Of a stretch of 64,000 bases of DNA, positions 1 through 9,798 are shown piece after piece (position 1 is the first letter of the stretch; each line of letters opens with the position of its first letter). The stretch is taken from assembly GCA_965198225.1 (NCBI GenBank), contig CBDAOY010000005.1:416001-480000 (forward strand), in the 5' to 3' direction. This DNA is from Terriglobia bacterium. Its GTDB lineage: Bacteria; Acidobacteriota; Terriglobia; 20CM-2-55-15. The position numbers and the translations under genes are program-made. Under the pieces are notes generated by a model. The model was not told the DNA's origin. It worked only from the letters and a program-made list of their open reading frames with translations, and ran no database searches.

Positions 1-2617
1 GTTGTTCGCCTTCCAGGCTGTAGGTCACGCCGGGGTGGTCGGCGAGAACCTCGGGCATGTGGCGCGTCTGGAAATCAAGCAGAACCGCGTTCGCATTGGC
101 GACTTCCTCATCGACTCCGGCCATCACGTTGATCGCACGCTGCCGGTCGACGCGGGTGATGCTGGAAAAGCCCCGGCCGAACTCGGCGTCGGCCACCGTT
201 TGGAAAGGAACCTGACCTCCGTCGGGCGTGCGGATTCGCATGTTTTCCAGGTAGCCGAGCGACTGTCGTTCTTCCGCCGGGTACCGAACCATCACGCGAA
301 CATCGTCTCGTCCCCTCTGAATGCGCTGGGCCTCCTCTCCGAAAAACCCCTGCCGCACCTGGCGGCCGAGATCCTGCAGTGACAGACCGAGAGACTCCGC
401 GCTCGGTCGGATCTCCAGTTCGATCTCAGGCTTTCCGCCGCGGAAGGAATCCGTTATGTCGGTGACCCCGGGATACTCCGCCAGCCGGGCGCGGATGTCG
501 GCAGCTACGACACGCAACTCCTCGATGTCAGGTCCCACCATCTGGAAGTCGATCGGCTTGCCGGCTCCCCCCATCAGGCTGCTGACGATCTCCAGCTCGA
601 CTGCGCCCGGAATCGGATCGAGGCGTTCTCGCAGCATGCTGGCGATCTGCGCGCTCGCATAAGGCCGGCCTTCACCGGAAACGAGCTCGATGCCGACTTC
701 ACCCAGGTAGGATCGCGCGGGCGCGATTCCCGGGTTGCCGGGACCCCTGTTGGACGAAGGCTGCTCTCCTACACTGGACAGGACGTGGGTAAACAGCGGG
801 AAACCGTGTTGGGCCTCCAGATCCGCCCCCAGCTCGATCGCGGTGCGTTCGATGCCTTCGATCGCGGTCGCCGTGACCTCCGACGGGGTCTCCTGCGGCA
901 TCGTCAACTTGACCATCACGATGTCCGAGTCCATTTCCGGGAAGAAGACAAACTCGACGACGCCTCCCTGGATCAAGCCGACGGTCAGGAGCAGCGACGC
1001 AATGCCGCCGGCAGCCGTCAGGTAACGCCAGTCCAGTGCGAAACCGAGCGAAGGCTTGTAGATGATCCGGATGAACCCGTCAACCATGTGGCCGAAGCCG
1101 ACGAAAAAACCGTCCCACGCGCGCTGCAGGACGTTCTTCTTGTGCGCCTGCGGCCGTTGCCGGTGGTGGGACAGGTGGTAGGGAAGAACGAGCTGCGACT
1201 CGATCACGGAAAAGGCCAGAACCGGGATGACGATCAGCGGGATGGCCCGCGTGAAGTTACCGATCAGACCGGGGACCATCATGAATGGTGAAAACGCGAC
1301 CATCGTGGTCAGGACCCCGAATATGACGGGAATGGCAACCTCCTGGGTACCGAGAATGGCTCCCTGCAAACCCTCGCTGCACTCGTCCTGCCGGTAATGG
1401 ATCCGCTCAGCAACGATGATGGCATCATCCACCACGATTCCGAGGACAAGGATGAACGCAAACAGCGTCATCATGTTGATCGTGATGCCGGTATAAGGCA
1501 TGGTCGCAAACGCGCCGAGAAAAGCCACCGGGATCCCGATTGCCACCCACATGGCCAGCCTCATCCGCAGGAACAAGGTCAATATGATGAACACCAGGAT
1601 CAATCCGTTCCTACCGTTGCGCACCAGCAGGTCTGTCCGTTCACCGAGCATCACCGAACTGTCCTGCCAGGTAGCGATGGAGATGCCCGGAGGAAGGTTG
1701 GGTCGCGCCTGCTCGACGTAGCGATGAACAGCGGCTGCGACCTCGGGTGTGTCTTCGTCCCCGACCCTGTAAACCTGAACCATCACGGTCGGCTGACCGT
1801 CGAAAAGGGACCATTGATCAGTCTCTTCGAAACCGTCCACGACCCTGGCGACGTCGGCCAGTCGGAGCCGACTGCCATCGGTCCGCGTCAGCAGGGTCAG
1901 GTCCTCGTATTCTTCGCCGCGGTAAGCCTGCCCCTTCGTCCGGAGCAGTATCTCGCCGGATGCGGCCTTGACGGACCCGCCCGGCATGTCCAGCGAAGAG
2001 CGGCGGATCGCCCGGGCAACATCATCGAAGGTCAGGCCGTGACGCCGGAGAGCATCCTCAGAGACTTCGATGGCGATCTCGTAGGGCCTGACGCTTTTTA
2101 GATCCGCCTGACTGATCTCGGACAGCGCGGTGATCTCGTCCCGCACCTGCTCTCCCAGGCGCTTCAGCGTCAACTCATCCGTGTCGCCGTACAGAGACAC
2201 GTTGATGACCTGCAGACGCGGCAGCAACTCCTGTACGACGGGCTTCTCGGTCTCGACCGGGAAGGTCGAAATGGCGTCCACGCGCGCCTTGATGTCGTCG
2301 AGCAATTCGCGAACGTCATAACCCGTCTCGACCTCGATCAGGACCGAGCCGGCTCCTTCGGCCGCCGTCGAGGTCATTCGCTTCACGCCTTCCAGGCCCT
2401 GGATGGCCTCTTCGATGCGAACGCAGACAGCTTCTTCGACTTCCTCGGGCGCGGCGCCGCGGTAGGGAACAGCGACCGAAATGAGCTCGGCTTCAAACTC
2501 GGGAAAGACTTCCTGGTTGACGCTCGTTACGGCCATCAGTCCGAGCGCGATGATGACGATCATCAGGAGATTGGCAACCACACCGTTGTTGGCAAACCAC
2601 TCGATCAACGACTTCAT
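1..2617 (-). CDS. RND efflux permease (AcrB/AcrD/AcrF family), 3' end outside the window
   Basis: Absent from the ORF track because it runs off the edge. Read manually from ATG at 2617: MKSLIEWFANNGVVANLLMIVII...EVFPEFEAELISVAVPYRGAAPEEVEEAVCVRIEEAIQGLEGVKRMTS..., a typical AcrB N-terminus. Directly downstream of the MFP gene. Confidence 0.93.
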   Translation of the reverse strand, partial: MKSLIEWFANNGVVANLLMIVIIALGLMAVTSVNQEVFPEFEAELISVAVPYRGAAPEEVEEAVCVRIEEAIQGLEGVKRMTSTAAEGAGSVLIEVETGYDVRELLDDIKARVDAISTFPVETEKPVVQELLPRLQVINVSLYGDTDELTLKRLGEQVRDEITALSEISQADLKSVRPYEIAIEVSEDALRRHGLTFDDVARAIRRSSLDMPGGSVKAASGEILLRTKGQAYRGEEYEDLTLLTRTDGSRLRLADVARVVDGFEETDQWSLFDGQPTVMVQVYRVGDEDTPEVAAAVHRYVEQARPNLPPGISIATWQDSSVMLGERTDLLVRNGRNGLILVFIILTLFLRMRLAMWVAIGIPVAFLGAFATMPYTGITINMMTLFAFILVLGIVVDDAIIVAERIHYRQDECSEGLQGAILGTQEVAIPVIFGVLTTMVAFSPFMMVPGLIGNFTRAIPLIVIPVLAFSVIESQLVLPYHLSHHRQRPQAHKKNVLQRAWDGFFVGFGHMVDGFIRIIYKPSLGFALDWRYLTAAGGIASLLLTVGLIQGGVVEFVFFPEMDSDIVMVKLTMPQETPSEVTATAIEGIERTAIELGADLEAQHGFPLFTHVLSSVGEQPSSNRGPGNPGIAPARSYLGEVGIELVSGEGRPYASAQIASMLRERLDPIPGAVELEIVSSLMGGAGKPIDFQMVGPDIEELRVVAADIRARLAEYPGVTDITDSFRGGKPEIELEIRPSAESLGLSLQDLGRQVRQGFFGEEAQRIQRGRDDVRVMVRYPAEERQSLGYLENMRIRTPDGGQVPFQTVADAEFGRGFSSITRVDRQRAINVMAGVDEEVANANAVLLDFQTRHMPEVLADHPGVTYSLEGEQ

Positions 2618-2620
2618 CGG

Positions 2621-3823
2621 TTACTCCTGCACCGGAGCGACGACTCCGGCCGTTTCGGCCACCTCGACCTGCATCCCATCGACCGCGTTTTCCAAAGGGG
2701 AAACGATTATGCGGTCACCCTCTTCGATACCGGACTGTACCAGGATGCGGTCGCGTTCTTGACGGAAGAGCTCGACCTGTCGAAAGCGGACATGGTCGGT
2801 GTCGTCCACGATCAGAACCCGGTCCGCACCGCGAAGAACCGTTCGCGGCAGGACCATCACCCGTCCGGAAGAGCGGCCGATGATTTCGGCCTCGACAAAC
2901 ATACCGACCGCCAGGGGCGGACGGTTCGGGCTGTCACCACGGGCGTACGGATCTTCGACGCGGGCGATGGCATGAACCATCCGAGTGCGGGGATCGATCT
3001 CGCCCTCGGTTCGCACAACCCTCCCTCTCCACTCGTGCCGGCGGCCGGCGAATTCGGACCGGAGAATGACTCTGGGGCCTCGGACCGATCCGATCGCCAC
3101 CCCGTCGCCACGGTAGGCCAATGGGAGATTCAGGAAAGCCAGCTCCGAATCCGGTATCGGCAACCGGACCTCCGCGGCATCGACGGCATACAACGTCGCG
3201 ACGGAGTTTCCGCGGGCGACGAACTGACCGACATCGACCCGTTCCTGCCGGACCCTCCCCGCAAAAGGCGCGCCAACGACCGTCCGTTCGAGGTCGTATT
3301 CGGCCTGCTGCAATGTGGCCTCCGCAGACGCGAGCGCGGCCTGCGCCTCTGCAATCTGTGGCTCTCGAATGGCCAGCGGCGTCGGACGTCCAGTGCCCAG
3401 CAGCTCCCATTCCTCCATGGCCACGGCGGCCTCCTGGCGCTCGGTCTCCAGACGCAACTTCGACTGGGCGATCGCCGCCTGAGCCCTAATCACGGCCAAT
3501 TCGTATTCACGGGAATCGAGCCGAAGCAGCACCTCACCCTCTTCGAAGAAACCGCCGACAACAAGGGATTCCGCAACTTCGATCACGCGACCCGATACCT
3601 CGGGCGTTAACTCGCTCACCGTTCGTGGTGCGACAGTCCCTTCCGCAAACACGCTGAGGGTGACGTTGGAGAATTCAGCCTCGATCGTTTCCACGAGTGG
3701 GAGCGGTATGTCGGCCGCGCGGGTTTCCGGAGCCGGCCGATTGCGGATCATCGTGACTGTCGCGTATCCGGCACCTGCCAGGACGAGGATCGGAAGAATA
3801 ATCCTGAGAATCAGCTTGATCAC
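2621..3823 (-). CDS. RND periplasmic adaptor (membrane fusion protein)
   Basis: N-terminal TM anchor, lipoyl-like halves (PEVSGRVIEV; APFAGRVRQERVDVGQFV), coiled-coil hairpin, LAVGMFVEAEI. Confidence 0.93.
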   Translation of the reverse strand: MIKLILRIILPILVLAGAGYATVTMIRNRPAPETRAADIPLPLVETIEAEFSNVTLSVFAEGTVAPRTVSELTPEVSGRVIEVAESLVVGGFFEEGEVLLRLDSREYELAVIRAQAAIAQSKLRLETERQEAAVAMEEWELLGTGRPTPLAIREPQIAEAQAALASAEATLQQAEYDLERTVVGAPFAGRVRQERVDVGQFVARGNSVATLYAVDAAEVRLPIPDSELAFLNLPLAYRGDGVAIGSVRGPRVILRSEFAGRRHEWRGRVVRTEGEIDPRTRMVHAIARVEDPYARGDSPNRPPLAVGMFVEAEIIGRSSGRVMVLPRTVLRGADRVLIVDDTDHVRFRQVELFRQERDRILVQSGIEEGDRIIVSPLENAVDGMQVEVAETAGVVAPVQE

Positions 3824-5286
3824 TTGTTCCCACCTTCACTCAAAGTTGTACGGCGCGCTTCGGTCTCGGAGGGAACGTCATCCATGTCGAATCCCCCTCC
3901 CAGCGCCAGATGCAGGTCGACCCGGTTGTCCAGCCGAGTCCGCCGAATGCCGAGCAGCTGGCTTTCAGAGTTGTACGCGGTCCTTTGCGCGGCCAGAACC
4001 GTGATAATGCCGGTCAGACCCGCCTGGTATCGTTGCTCGGCCAGAGTGCGCGCGGCGCTCGACTGCAGGACAGCTTCTTCAAGTGCACGTTCGCGCCGTG
4101 CGAGCACATCTTCGGACGCAAGGGCCGACTCGACTTCCCTGTACGACTGGAGGAGCCGACTCTCATAGTTCGCCACGGCTTCTTCGGCCTGGCTCTCGTT
4201 CCGGGCGACGGTCGCCTTCAGCCTGCCGTTGTTGAACAGCGGCTGAACGAGGTTACCGACAAAGTTCCAGACGAACAGGTCGTTGTCGATCAGATCGATC
4301 AGGCTGCCGCTCGACGTTCCGGTGCCCGACGTCAGGCTGAAGCGTGGGCGCAAGTCGGCCTGCGCAGCAGCAATGCGCGTGTCGGCCGCCAACAATTGCA
4401 ATTCCGCTGCGACAAGGTCCGGACGGCGATGCACGAGTTCGGCCGGAAGACCGCCCGGCACCACTTCGGGAAGCACCGGCAGGTCCGCGCCGAGGGCATA
4501 GTCCCCGCCGGGATACCGGCCCATCAACGACTCGAGCTGGCGGACTGCACGATCTCGCTGTTCGCGGCGTTGTTCCAGTGATGCTTCAGCCCTGGCAACC
4601 TCGGCCAGGGCCAGCCGCAGGTCGAGTGCCGGCCGGAGTCCGCCCTGAAATCGAGCACGCACCCGCTCTGACGAAAAACGAAAACTCTCCAGAGTCGCCT
4701 CCGCCAGGTCTACCTGCCGCTGCGCCTCGACGGCCACAAACCAGGTCTTGGCAACCAGCCCGCTCAGCGAGAGCCGGGCCGCTGCCAGGTCGGCGAAGCG
4801 AATCCTCGTGTTCGTTACGGCGGACCGCTCTCCGGATCGAATGCGCCCCCACAGGTCCGGTTCCCAGCCGGCATTCACGCGCAGGCCATAGTTGGTGGAA
4901 GTCGTGCTCAAGACCGTGTCTTCCCTGCCCGGTATCGGAAACCCGATGAAGTTCTGTCGTTGCTGGCTGCGGCTCAACGTGACATTCGCGTCGGGCAGCA
5001 ACGCCGCTCCTGCGATGACCGCGTCCTGGCGCGCGGTCTCGATCCGTGCCGCCGCGGCACGCAGATCGTGGTTCCCTTCCAGAGCCTCGGCGACGATCCG
5101 CTCGAGCTCCGCGTTTCCGAAATAAGTCCACCAGTCCGTGCCGGCCGGCACGGGCGCCAGCTCGCCGCCGCTCCATTGATCCGGCGCGATCACACGAAAG
5201 GTGTGCTCCGGCGGGGGCAGCTGACGCGTACAGCCCGCCACCGCAAGGGTGCTCAACAGGACGAGGGTTCCAGCACGATGCTTCAC
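3820..5286 (-). CDS. Outer-membrane efflux lipoprotein (NodT/OprM/TolC family)
   Basis: Lipobox LAVAGC, WEPDLWGRIR, RRPDLVAAE, C-terminal LHLALGGG; overlaps the MFP start. Confidence 0.93.
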   Translation of the reverse strand: MKHRAGTLVLLSTLAVAGCTRQLPPPEHTFRVIAPDQWSGGELAPVPAGTDWWTYFGNAELERIVAEALEGNHDLRAAAARIETARQDAVIAGAALLPDANVTLSRSQQRQNFIGFPIPGREDTVLSTTSTNYGLRVNAGWEPDLWGRIRSGERSAVTNTRIRFADLAAARLSLSGLVAKTWFVAVEAQRQVDLAEATLESFRFSSERVRARFQGGLRPALDLRLALAEVARAEASLEQRREQRDRAVRQLESLMGRYPGGDYALGADLPVLPEVVPGGLPAELVHRRPDLVAAELQLLAADTRIAAAQADLRPRFSLTSGTGTSSGSLIDLIDNDLFVWNFVGNLVQPLFNNGRLKATVARNESQAEEAVANYESRLLQSYREVESALASEDVLARRERALEEAVLQSSAARTLAEQRYQAGLTGIITVLAAQRTAYNSESQLLGIRRTRLDNRVDLHLALGGGFDMDDVPSETEARRTTLSEGGNK

Positions 5287-5954
5287 GCTTCTTTCCTTTC
5301 TGCCGTCACGAGTACTTCATCTCCACCTTCCGTTTCCAGAGCCGGAGCTTTCATACCGGCTGCCATGAAATGAACGATCTGTTGGATCGATCCTTCGACA
5401 TCGGAGGTGTCGCACACGCCATCGGTGGCCCGACAAATCCATTCGTGCTCGCGCAGGGTGTGCAACATCGCGCCGACCGCCATATGACCACGCCAGGCCC
5501 GCTCCTTTTCTGAGAGATGCGGCAGTGCCTTCCGACATGCGGCGGTAATCCGCCGGTAGAGGGTCTGGAAGAACTCATTGAAGAGCACCTCCATGTAACC
5601 CGTTTCCGAAGAAATGCGGCCGATCAGGCGCATGAAGCGAAAACCCTCCTCGCTGCCTCGGAGGCGCCACGCGGGTGCCACCAGGGCGTACATGATCTCT
5701 TCGATCGGCACCGGACCGTCGACGGCACGGCCCTCGGACTCGTCCAGAAGGGTCAGCCGTTCCCGGTTCAGCGGCTCGATCCGGCGGGCAAAGACAGCCC
5801 GGACGAGTTCCTCTTTCGACCCGAAATGATAGTGAATGGCCGCCGAGTTCACTCCCGCTTCGGCGATTATCTGCCGGAGCGCGACGGCTTTGATTCCGTG
5901 CTCCGCGAAGAGAGACTCGGCTGCGTCGAGAATCTGTTCTTTGGTATCTGCCAT
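5283..5954 (-). CDS. TetR/AcrR family transcriptional regulator
   Basis: HTH TKEQILDAAESLFAEHG...AGVNSAAIHYHFGSKEEL; start taken as MADTK (ATG 5954); first gene of the efflux operon. Confidence 0.92.
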   Translation of the reverse strand: MADTKEQILDAAESLFAEHGIKAVALRQIIAEAGVNSAAIHYHFGSKEELVRAVFARRIEPLNRERLTLLDESEGRAVDGPVPIEEIMYALVAPAWRLRGSEEGFRFMRLIGRISSETGYMEVLFNEFFQTLYRRITAACRKALPHLSEKERAWRGHMAVGAMLHTLREHEWICRATDGVCDTSDVEGSIQQIVHFMAAGMKAPALETEGGDEVLVTAERKEA

Positions 5955-5974
5955 AGGAAGATCGTAGCGAATTA

Positions 5975-6025
5975 AAACAAACGATTCAATCATTTGATTC
6001 AACTAATCGCTTAAATCATTCGATT
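5975..6025. promoter_or_regulatory. Putative TetR operator array (three 12-bp quasi-palindromes)
   Basis: aaacaaacgatt 5975-5986, aatcatttgatt 5988-5999 and aatcattcgatt 6014-6025, in an AT-rich patch just upstream of the TetR start. Confidence 0.55.
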
Positions 6026-6231
6026 CGCTTGGTTTGAGGAATTGAGAGGCCGTAAACGGCGCAGAGGTCTTTTCTTCTTGCGTACCTGAACCCGCGAGTT
6101 TTGATCGCCAAAGTTCGGCTTGGCCGATATTGTTTTTTTGACAGGCGGAGGGAGGTCAACGAGGAGCCCTTCGTCTCTTCTTCTGCAAATAAGACTCTGC
6201 GTCTCTGCGCCTAGAGAATCCTTCGTCAGCC

Positions 6232-7872
6232 CTACTGGTTGGAGCGGATCGGTCCCTTGATCAGTTCGGGGCGGGGGTCCTGCTGTGCCAGATCCCAGCT
6301 CATCTGATGCACGAGCCGGACAATCTTCTCCATCTTGGAATAGTTGATCCTCTCGGGACGGTCATTGGGGGTGTGGTAGTCGGGATGCAAACCGGTATGG
6401 AAGAAGAGCGCCGGGACGCCATTCTGGAGGAATGGCCACTGGTCGCTCCGCCGCATCAGGTTCGAGGTGTTGTTGTCGTAGCGCATCTTCAGTTCCAGCC
6501 CGATATTCTCGTTCGCGCTCTGGACCAGCTGCTTCATGTCGTCGCTGAAGGTCGTTCCGAGAATGTTGATGGCATTCGCGTTCGATTCGGCTGTCTGAAC
6601 CTCGAGGCCTCGGAAACGGCCGCCTCCTCCGATGGGAACCTCCTCGTTGCGGCCGATCATGTCCATGTTGAGGACAGCAACGGTGTCGTCGAGCGGAAGG
6701 ACCGGGCGCATGGTATACGCCCAGGCACCGAGCAGACCTCGCTCCTCGGAGTTCCAGGCCGCAAACATCACAGTGCGCCTGGGTCCCCGACCCGACCGTG
6801 CCGCGGCGGCATAGGCTTCGGCAACTTCGATCAGGCCAACCGTCCCCGAACCATCGTCGTCAGCGCCCGCAAAGATGCGATTCCCGTCCGCGCCGTTGTG
6901 ATCGTAGTGGGCGCAGACGATGACGACCTCATCCTTCATCTCAGGGTCGGAACCTTCGATCATCCCGATAACGTTCCGGTCCGGAATCGCGATCCGGTTG
7001 ATCGAAGTCGTCAGCTCGACCTCCGGGCCGGTGATCGGCACCGGAGTCACCCCGCCGGCTGTTTCCGACGACGCGGACAACTCCGCGAGCGTTCGGCTCC
7101 CGCGGCCCAGTAGCTGCCCGGCCAGAGCAGGTGAAATCTGGGCTGCTGGAATCCGGACCTTCTCCATCCAGTCCGCCAGCGTGTAACGGGGGAATCGCCG
7201 TTCCTGCCAGTAGTTCGCCGCGGCTCCCGCGAAGTTGCCGTCTTCGTGGTTGTGTACGTCGGCAACGAAGAGGATCGCCAGTGCTCCACGTTGCTGGGCC
7301 GAGAGGGCTTTGCGCAGGGAGTTCGACGCCTCAGCGCGGACCACACCATCAAACGGGCTGTCCGGATCACGCTCACCGGGCTCGTGGTCCACGACCAGGA
7401 CGATCTTCCCGGCGACGTCGTCCCCTCGCAGGTCGTCGTAGGAATGCTCGGGTGCAACGATCCCGAAACCCGCAAACACCATCGATCCGCGCACTCGACC
7501 GCTTCCGCTGAAGTTCAACGGGTAGTAGTCCTGCCCCGGCCGCAGCCGCTGAATCGCGTTGTCGCCGTCGAGAACCTGTAACAGGTTGTCCTCCCCCAGC
7601 GTCGAGGTCATCAAGTTGTAGGTGTGGAAGAAGGACTCTTCCGAGGCGGGCTTCAAGCCCATCCTGCGGAACCGGGACGCGATGTATTCGGCGGCCAGCC
7701 GGTTCTCGGGCGTATCGGTGCGACGCCCGTTCATGGCATCCGACGCGAGGAAGAACAAATCCGCGCGCAGGTCGTCCTCGGTGATCGAATCATTGAACGG
7801 CGCCGTGTCTGTCCCCTGAAAACCCACCAGAAACACGAGCGACAGCACCACGATGCTTAATCGTGCCTTCAT
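6232..7872 (-). CDS. Secreted M28 family metallopeptidase with PA domain
   Basis: Signal peptide, PA insert (VFAGFGI...DVAGKIVLV), Zn ligands AHYDH, GADDDGSG, EERGLLG, NMDMIGR, RSDQ, DYH; GGAGG RBS before ATG 7872. Confidence 0.9.
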   Translation of the reverse strand: MKARLSIVVLSLVFLVGFQGTDTAPFNDSITEDDLRADLFFLASDAMNGRRTDTPENRLAAEYIASRFRRMGLKPASEESFFHTYNLMTSTLGEDNLLQVLDGDNAIQRLRPGQDYYPLNFSGSGRVRGSMVFAGFGIVAPEHSYDDLRGDDVAGKIVLVVDHEPGERDPDSPFDGVVRAEASNSLRKALSAQQRGALAILFVADVHNHEDGNFAGAAANYWQERRFPRYTLADWMEKVRIPAAQISPALAGQLLGRGSRTLAELSASSETAGGVTPVPITGPEVELTTSINRIAIPDRNVIGMIEGSDPEMKDEVVIVCAHYDHNGADGNRIFAGADDDGSGTVGLIEVAEAYAAAARSGRGPRRTVMFAAWNSEERGLLGAWAYTMRPVLPLDDTVAVLNMDMIGRNEEVPIGGGGRFRGLEVQTAESNANAINILGTTFSDDMKQLVQSANENIGLELKMRYDNNTSNLMRRSDQWPFLQNGVPALFFHTGLHPDYHTPNDRPERINYSKMEKIVRLVHQMSWDLAQQDPRPELIKGPIRSNQ

Positions 7873-7918
7873 GAGACCTCCTACCAGCGTCAGCACTCGC
7901 CCGTCAGGCTTCCTCCAA

Positions 7919-7946
7919 CTGACTACTGGCTACTGACTACCGACTA
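7919..7946. repeat. Heptamer tandem repeat (CTGACTA-like x4)
   Basis: ctgacta-ctggcta-ctgacta-ccgacta between the two M28 genes. Confidence 0.7.
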
Positions 7947-7954
7947 CTATTCCC

Positions 7955-9148
7955 TTACTGAAGCAGCGATTGTATCTTCTCTTCGATGGATTTTCGAGCG
8001 AATGGATTCGCGGTCCATCGGACCGCTTCGCGGTAGACCGCCAGGGCGATCTCTTTCTCACCCTCGGTCTCGTAGAACGGACCGATCAGGTAAGTGAGCG
8101 AGAAGGACGAGACCCGTGGCGTGGCGGCCGATAGCACGATCGAGGTGGTCAATCGAAGGTTCTCGCGGGAAGGGCCCCGAGCGAGCCGCTTGCGCAGGTC
8201 CTCGAAGAGCAGCGAGTAGGCGGGCGACAGGTCAGGGTGCACGGCCGCGAAGGCGTCCATGAAGGCAGTCAATCGTTCCGGTTCACCGTCCGGGTATACA
8301 GGTTCTTCCAGGTACGTTGCAGCGGTATCCAGAGTCGCGATGTCCAGGGCGACCCTTCGGATCGTCTCGGCATCGACAGCAAGCCGGTCGTAGCGAATCT
8401 GGTCCGGAGCGTCGCCAGCGCCGTGGTAGTCCTCGTGCGTCCCGTTCGTGAAGAAGAGGTACGGGATCTGCTGGGCCGCAAACGGGGCAAAATCACTTCT
8501 CGGACCGAGCAAATCCGTGCCTAGCAGAAGCATCTCCGGCGTCTGTCGGCCCTGGATGACCGATCGGAGTTCCGGCGAAAACTCCGTCCCGAAAACGACA
8601 AGGGTCCATTCCTCCAGGTCCCCAAAACTGCGACCCAACGTATCCAGGACCACGACTGCCGTCGCATTCTCGAGGGGATAGACCGGTTCCCGGGCGTAAT
8701 GCCGAGACCCGTTCAAGCCTCGCTCCTCATCGTCAAAGGCGATGAAAACGAAAGACCGGGAAGTGTTCGCTTCCTTCAACTCCCGGGCCAGTTCCAGCAG
8801 GACAGCCACACCGGCCGCGTTGTCGCTGGCTGAAGGGCGCCCCATACCCTGACCGTCATAGTGGGCTGCGATGATGACGTGCTCAAGCGCGCTGCCGGAG
8901 CGCGCCACGACGTTTCGCCGGCCGGGTCCGATATCCTGCATTTGTGCATCGAGACCCAGTTCTTCGAATCGATCCAGAAGATAGTCGGCGCTCTCGATCG
9001 CTCCGGGACTCTGTGACAGACGCCCGTCTCGAACCGGGTCCGCCAACCACTCCACCGTCATCTGGAGGCGATCGACGGAGATAGCCGAGACTGACAGGAG
9101 CGCGATGAGCAGCACGGAAAGGTTGGCGAATCTGCGAGATCTCATCAT
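7955..9148 (-). CDS. Secreted M28 family metallopeptidase with helical C-terminal extension
   Basis: AHYDG, ASDNAAG, DEERGLNGS, RSDFAPF, EDYH motifs; signal peptide. Confidence 0.85.
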   Translation of the reverse strand: MMRSRRFANLSVLLIALLSVSAISVDRLQMTVEWLADPVRDGRLSQSPGAIESADYLLDRFEELGLDAQMQDIGPGRRNVVARSGSALEHVIIAAHYDGQGMGRPSASDNAAGVAVLLELARELKEANTSRSFVFIAFDDEERGLNGSRHYAREPVYPLENATAVVVLDTLGRSFGDLEEWTLVVFGTEFSPELRSVIQGRQTPEMLLLGTDLLGPRSDFAPFAAQQIPYLFFTNGTHEDYHGAGDAPDQIRYDRLAVDAETIRRVALDIATLDTAATYLEEPVYPDGEPERLTAFMDAFAAVHPDLSPAYSLLFEDLRKRLARGPSRENLRLTTSIVLSAATPRVSSFSLTYLIGPFYETEGEKEIALAVYREAVRWTANPFARKSIEEKIQSLLQ

Positions 9149-9183
9149 CGTGATGTTTTAGACGGCGTGGAAGCCAGAAGGCA

Positions 9184-9726
9184 CTAGAACCCGAAAACGA
9201 TTCCGACGCTGGCTTCCACCAGATTCAGGCTCTGATCCTGGATACCTCTCACAGAATATCCACGAAGGTCGAAACGTGCCTCGATCGGACCAATCAAACC
9301 GACCTTCAATCCTCCGCCGTAGTTGAACGCGAACTTGTTTCCGAAAGCTCCCGGGCCATCGCCGCCGGCGCGGATACCGCCGAGACCCGCCGTCACGTAA
9401 GGCGTCACAGGGCCTGGCAGCAGGCTCGCGCGCAAGTTGACGTTGTAGATAAATGCGTTGGCCTGGCTGTCGATAAAGCTTGGGCTGTAGGCCACCGTGT
9501 ACTCCGCACCGACCGGCAGGTTCGAGCGGTAGAGACGCGCCCCGAAAACCCCGAAGTCTTTCGGGTCGGTCAGCAGTTGACCGGCGACGGAACCGATGGC
9601 TCCGGCCGACGGCTGAAGCGTAATCTTGCCTGGATGGTGGAAGCCGCCGAACAGGGTCAGGTCGCTCGCCTGTAAGGCGACGGGCATCAGGAACAGCAGC
9701 GCAAGAAAACGGCAGAAGTATTTCAT
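9184..9726 (-). CDS. Small outer-membrane beta-barrel protein (OmpA-like/OMP_b-brl)
   Basis: Signal peptide MKYFCRFLALLFLMPVALQA, PYVTAGLG, FNYGGGLK, C-terminal Phe (GIVFGF). Confidence 0.8.
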   Translation of the reverse strand: MKYFCRFLALLFLMPVALQASDLTLFGGFHHPGKITLQPSAGAIGSVAGQLLTDPKDFGVFGARLYRSNLPVGAEYTVAYSPSFIDSQANAFIYNVNLRASLLPGPVTPYVTAGLGGIRAGGDGPGAFGNKFAFNYGGGLKVGLIGPIEARFDLRGYSVRGIQDQSLNLVEASVGIVFGF

Positions 9727-9798
9727 CAAGAAATTATAATCAATCGAATGGTTGATAACAGCGATCATGTTCCAGCGTCAGAGACCTCGAGCAAACGC

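Noticed and set aside
2-2762. Plus-strand ORFs in the track over the first 2.7 kb
   Set aside because: Antisense shadows of the minus-strand RND permease, which the track missed because it runs off the window.
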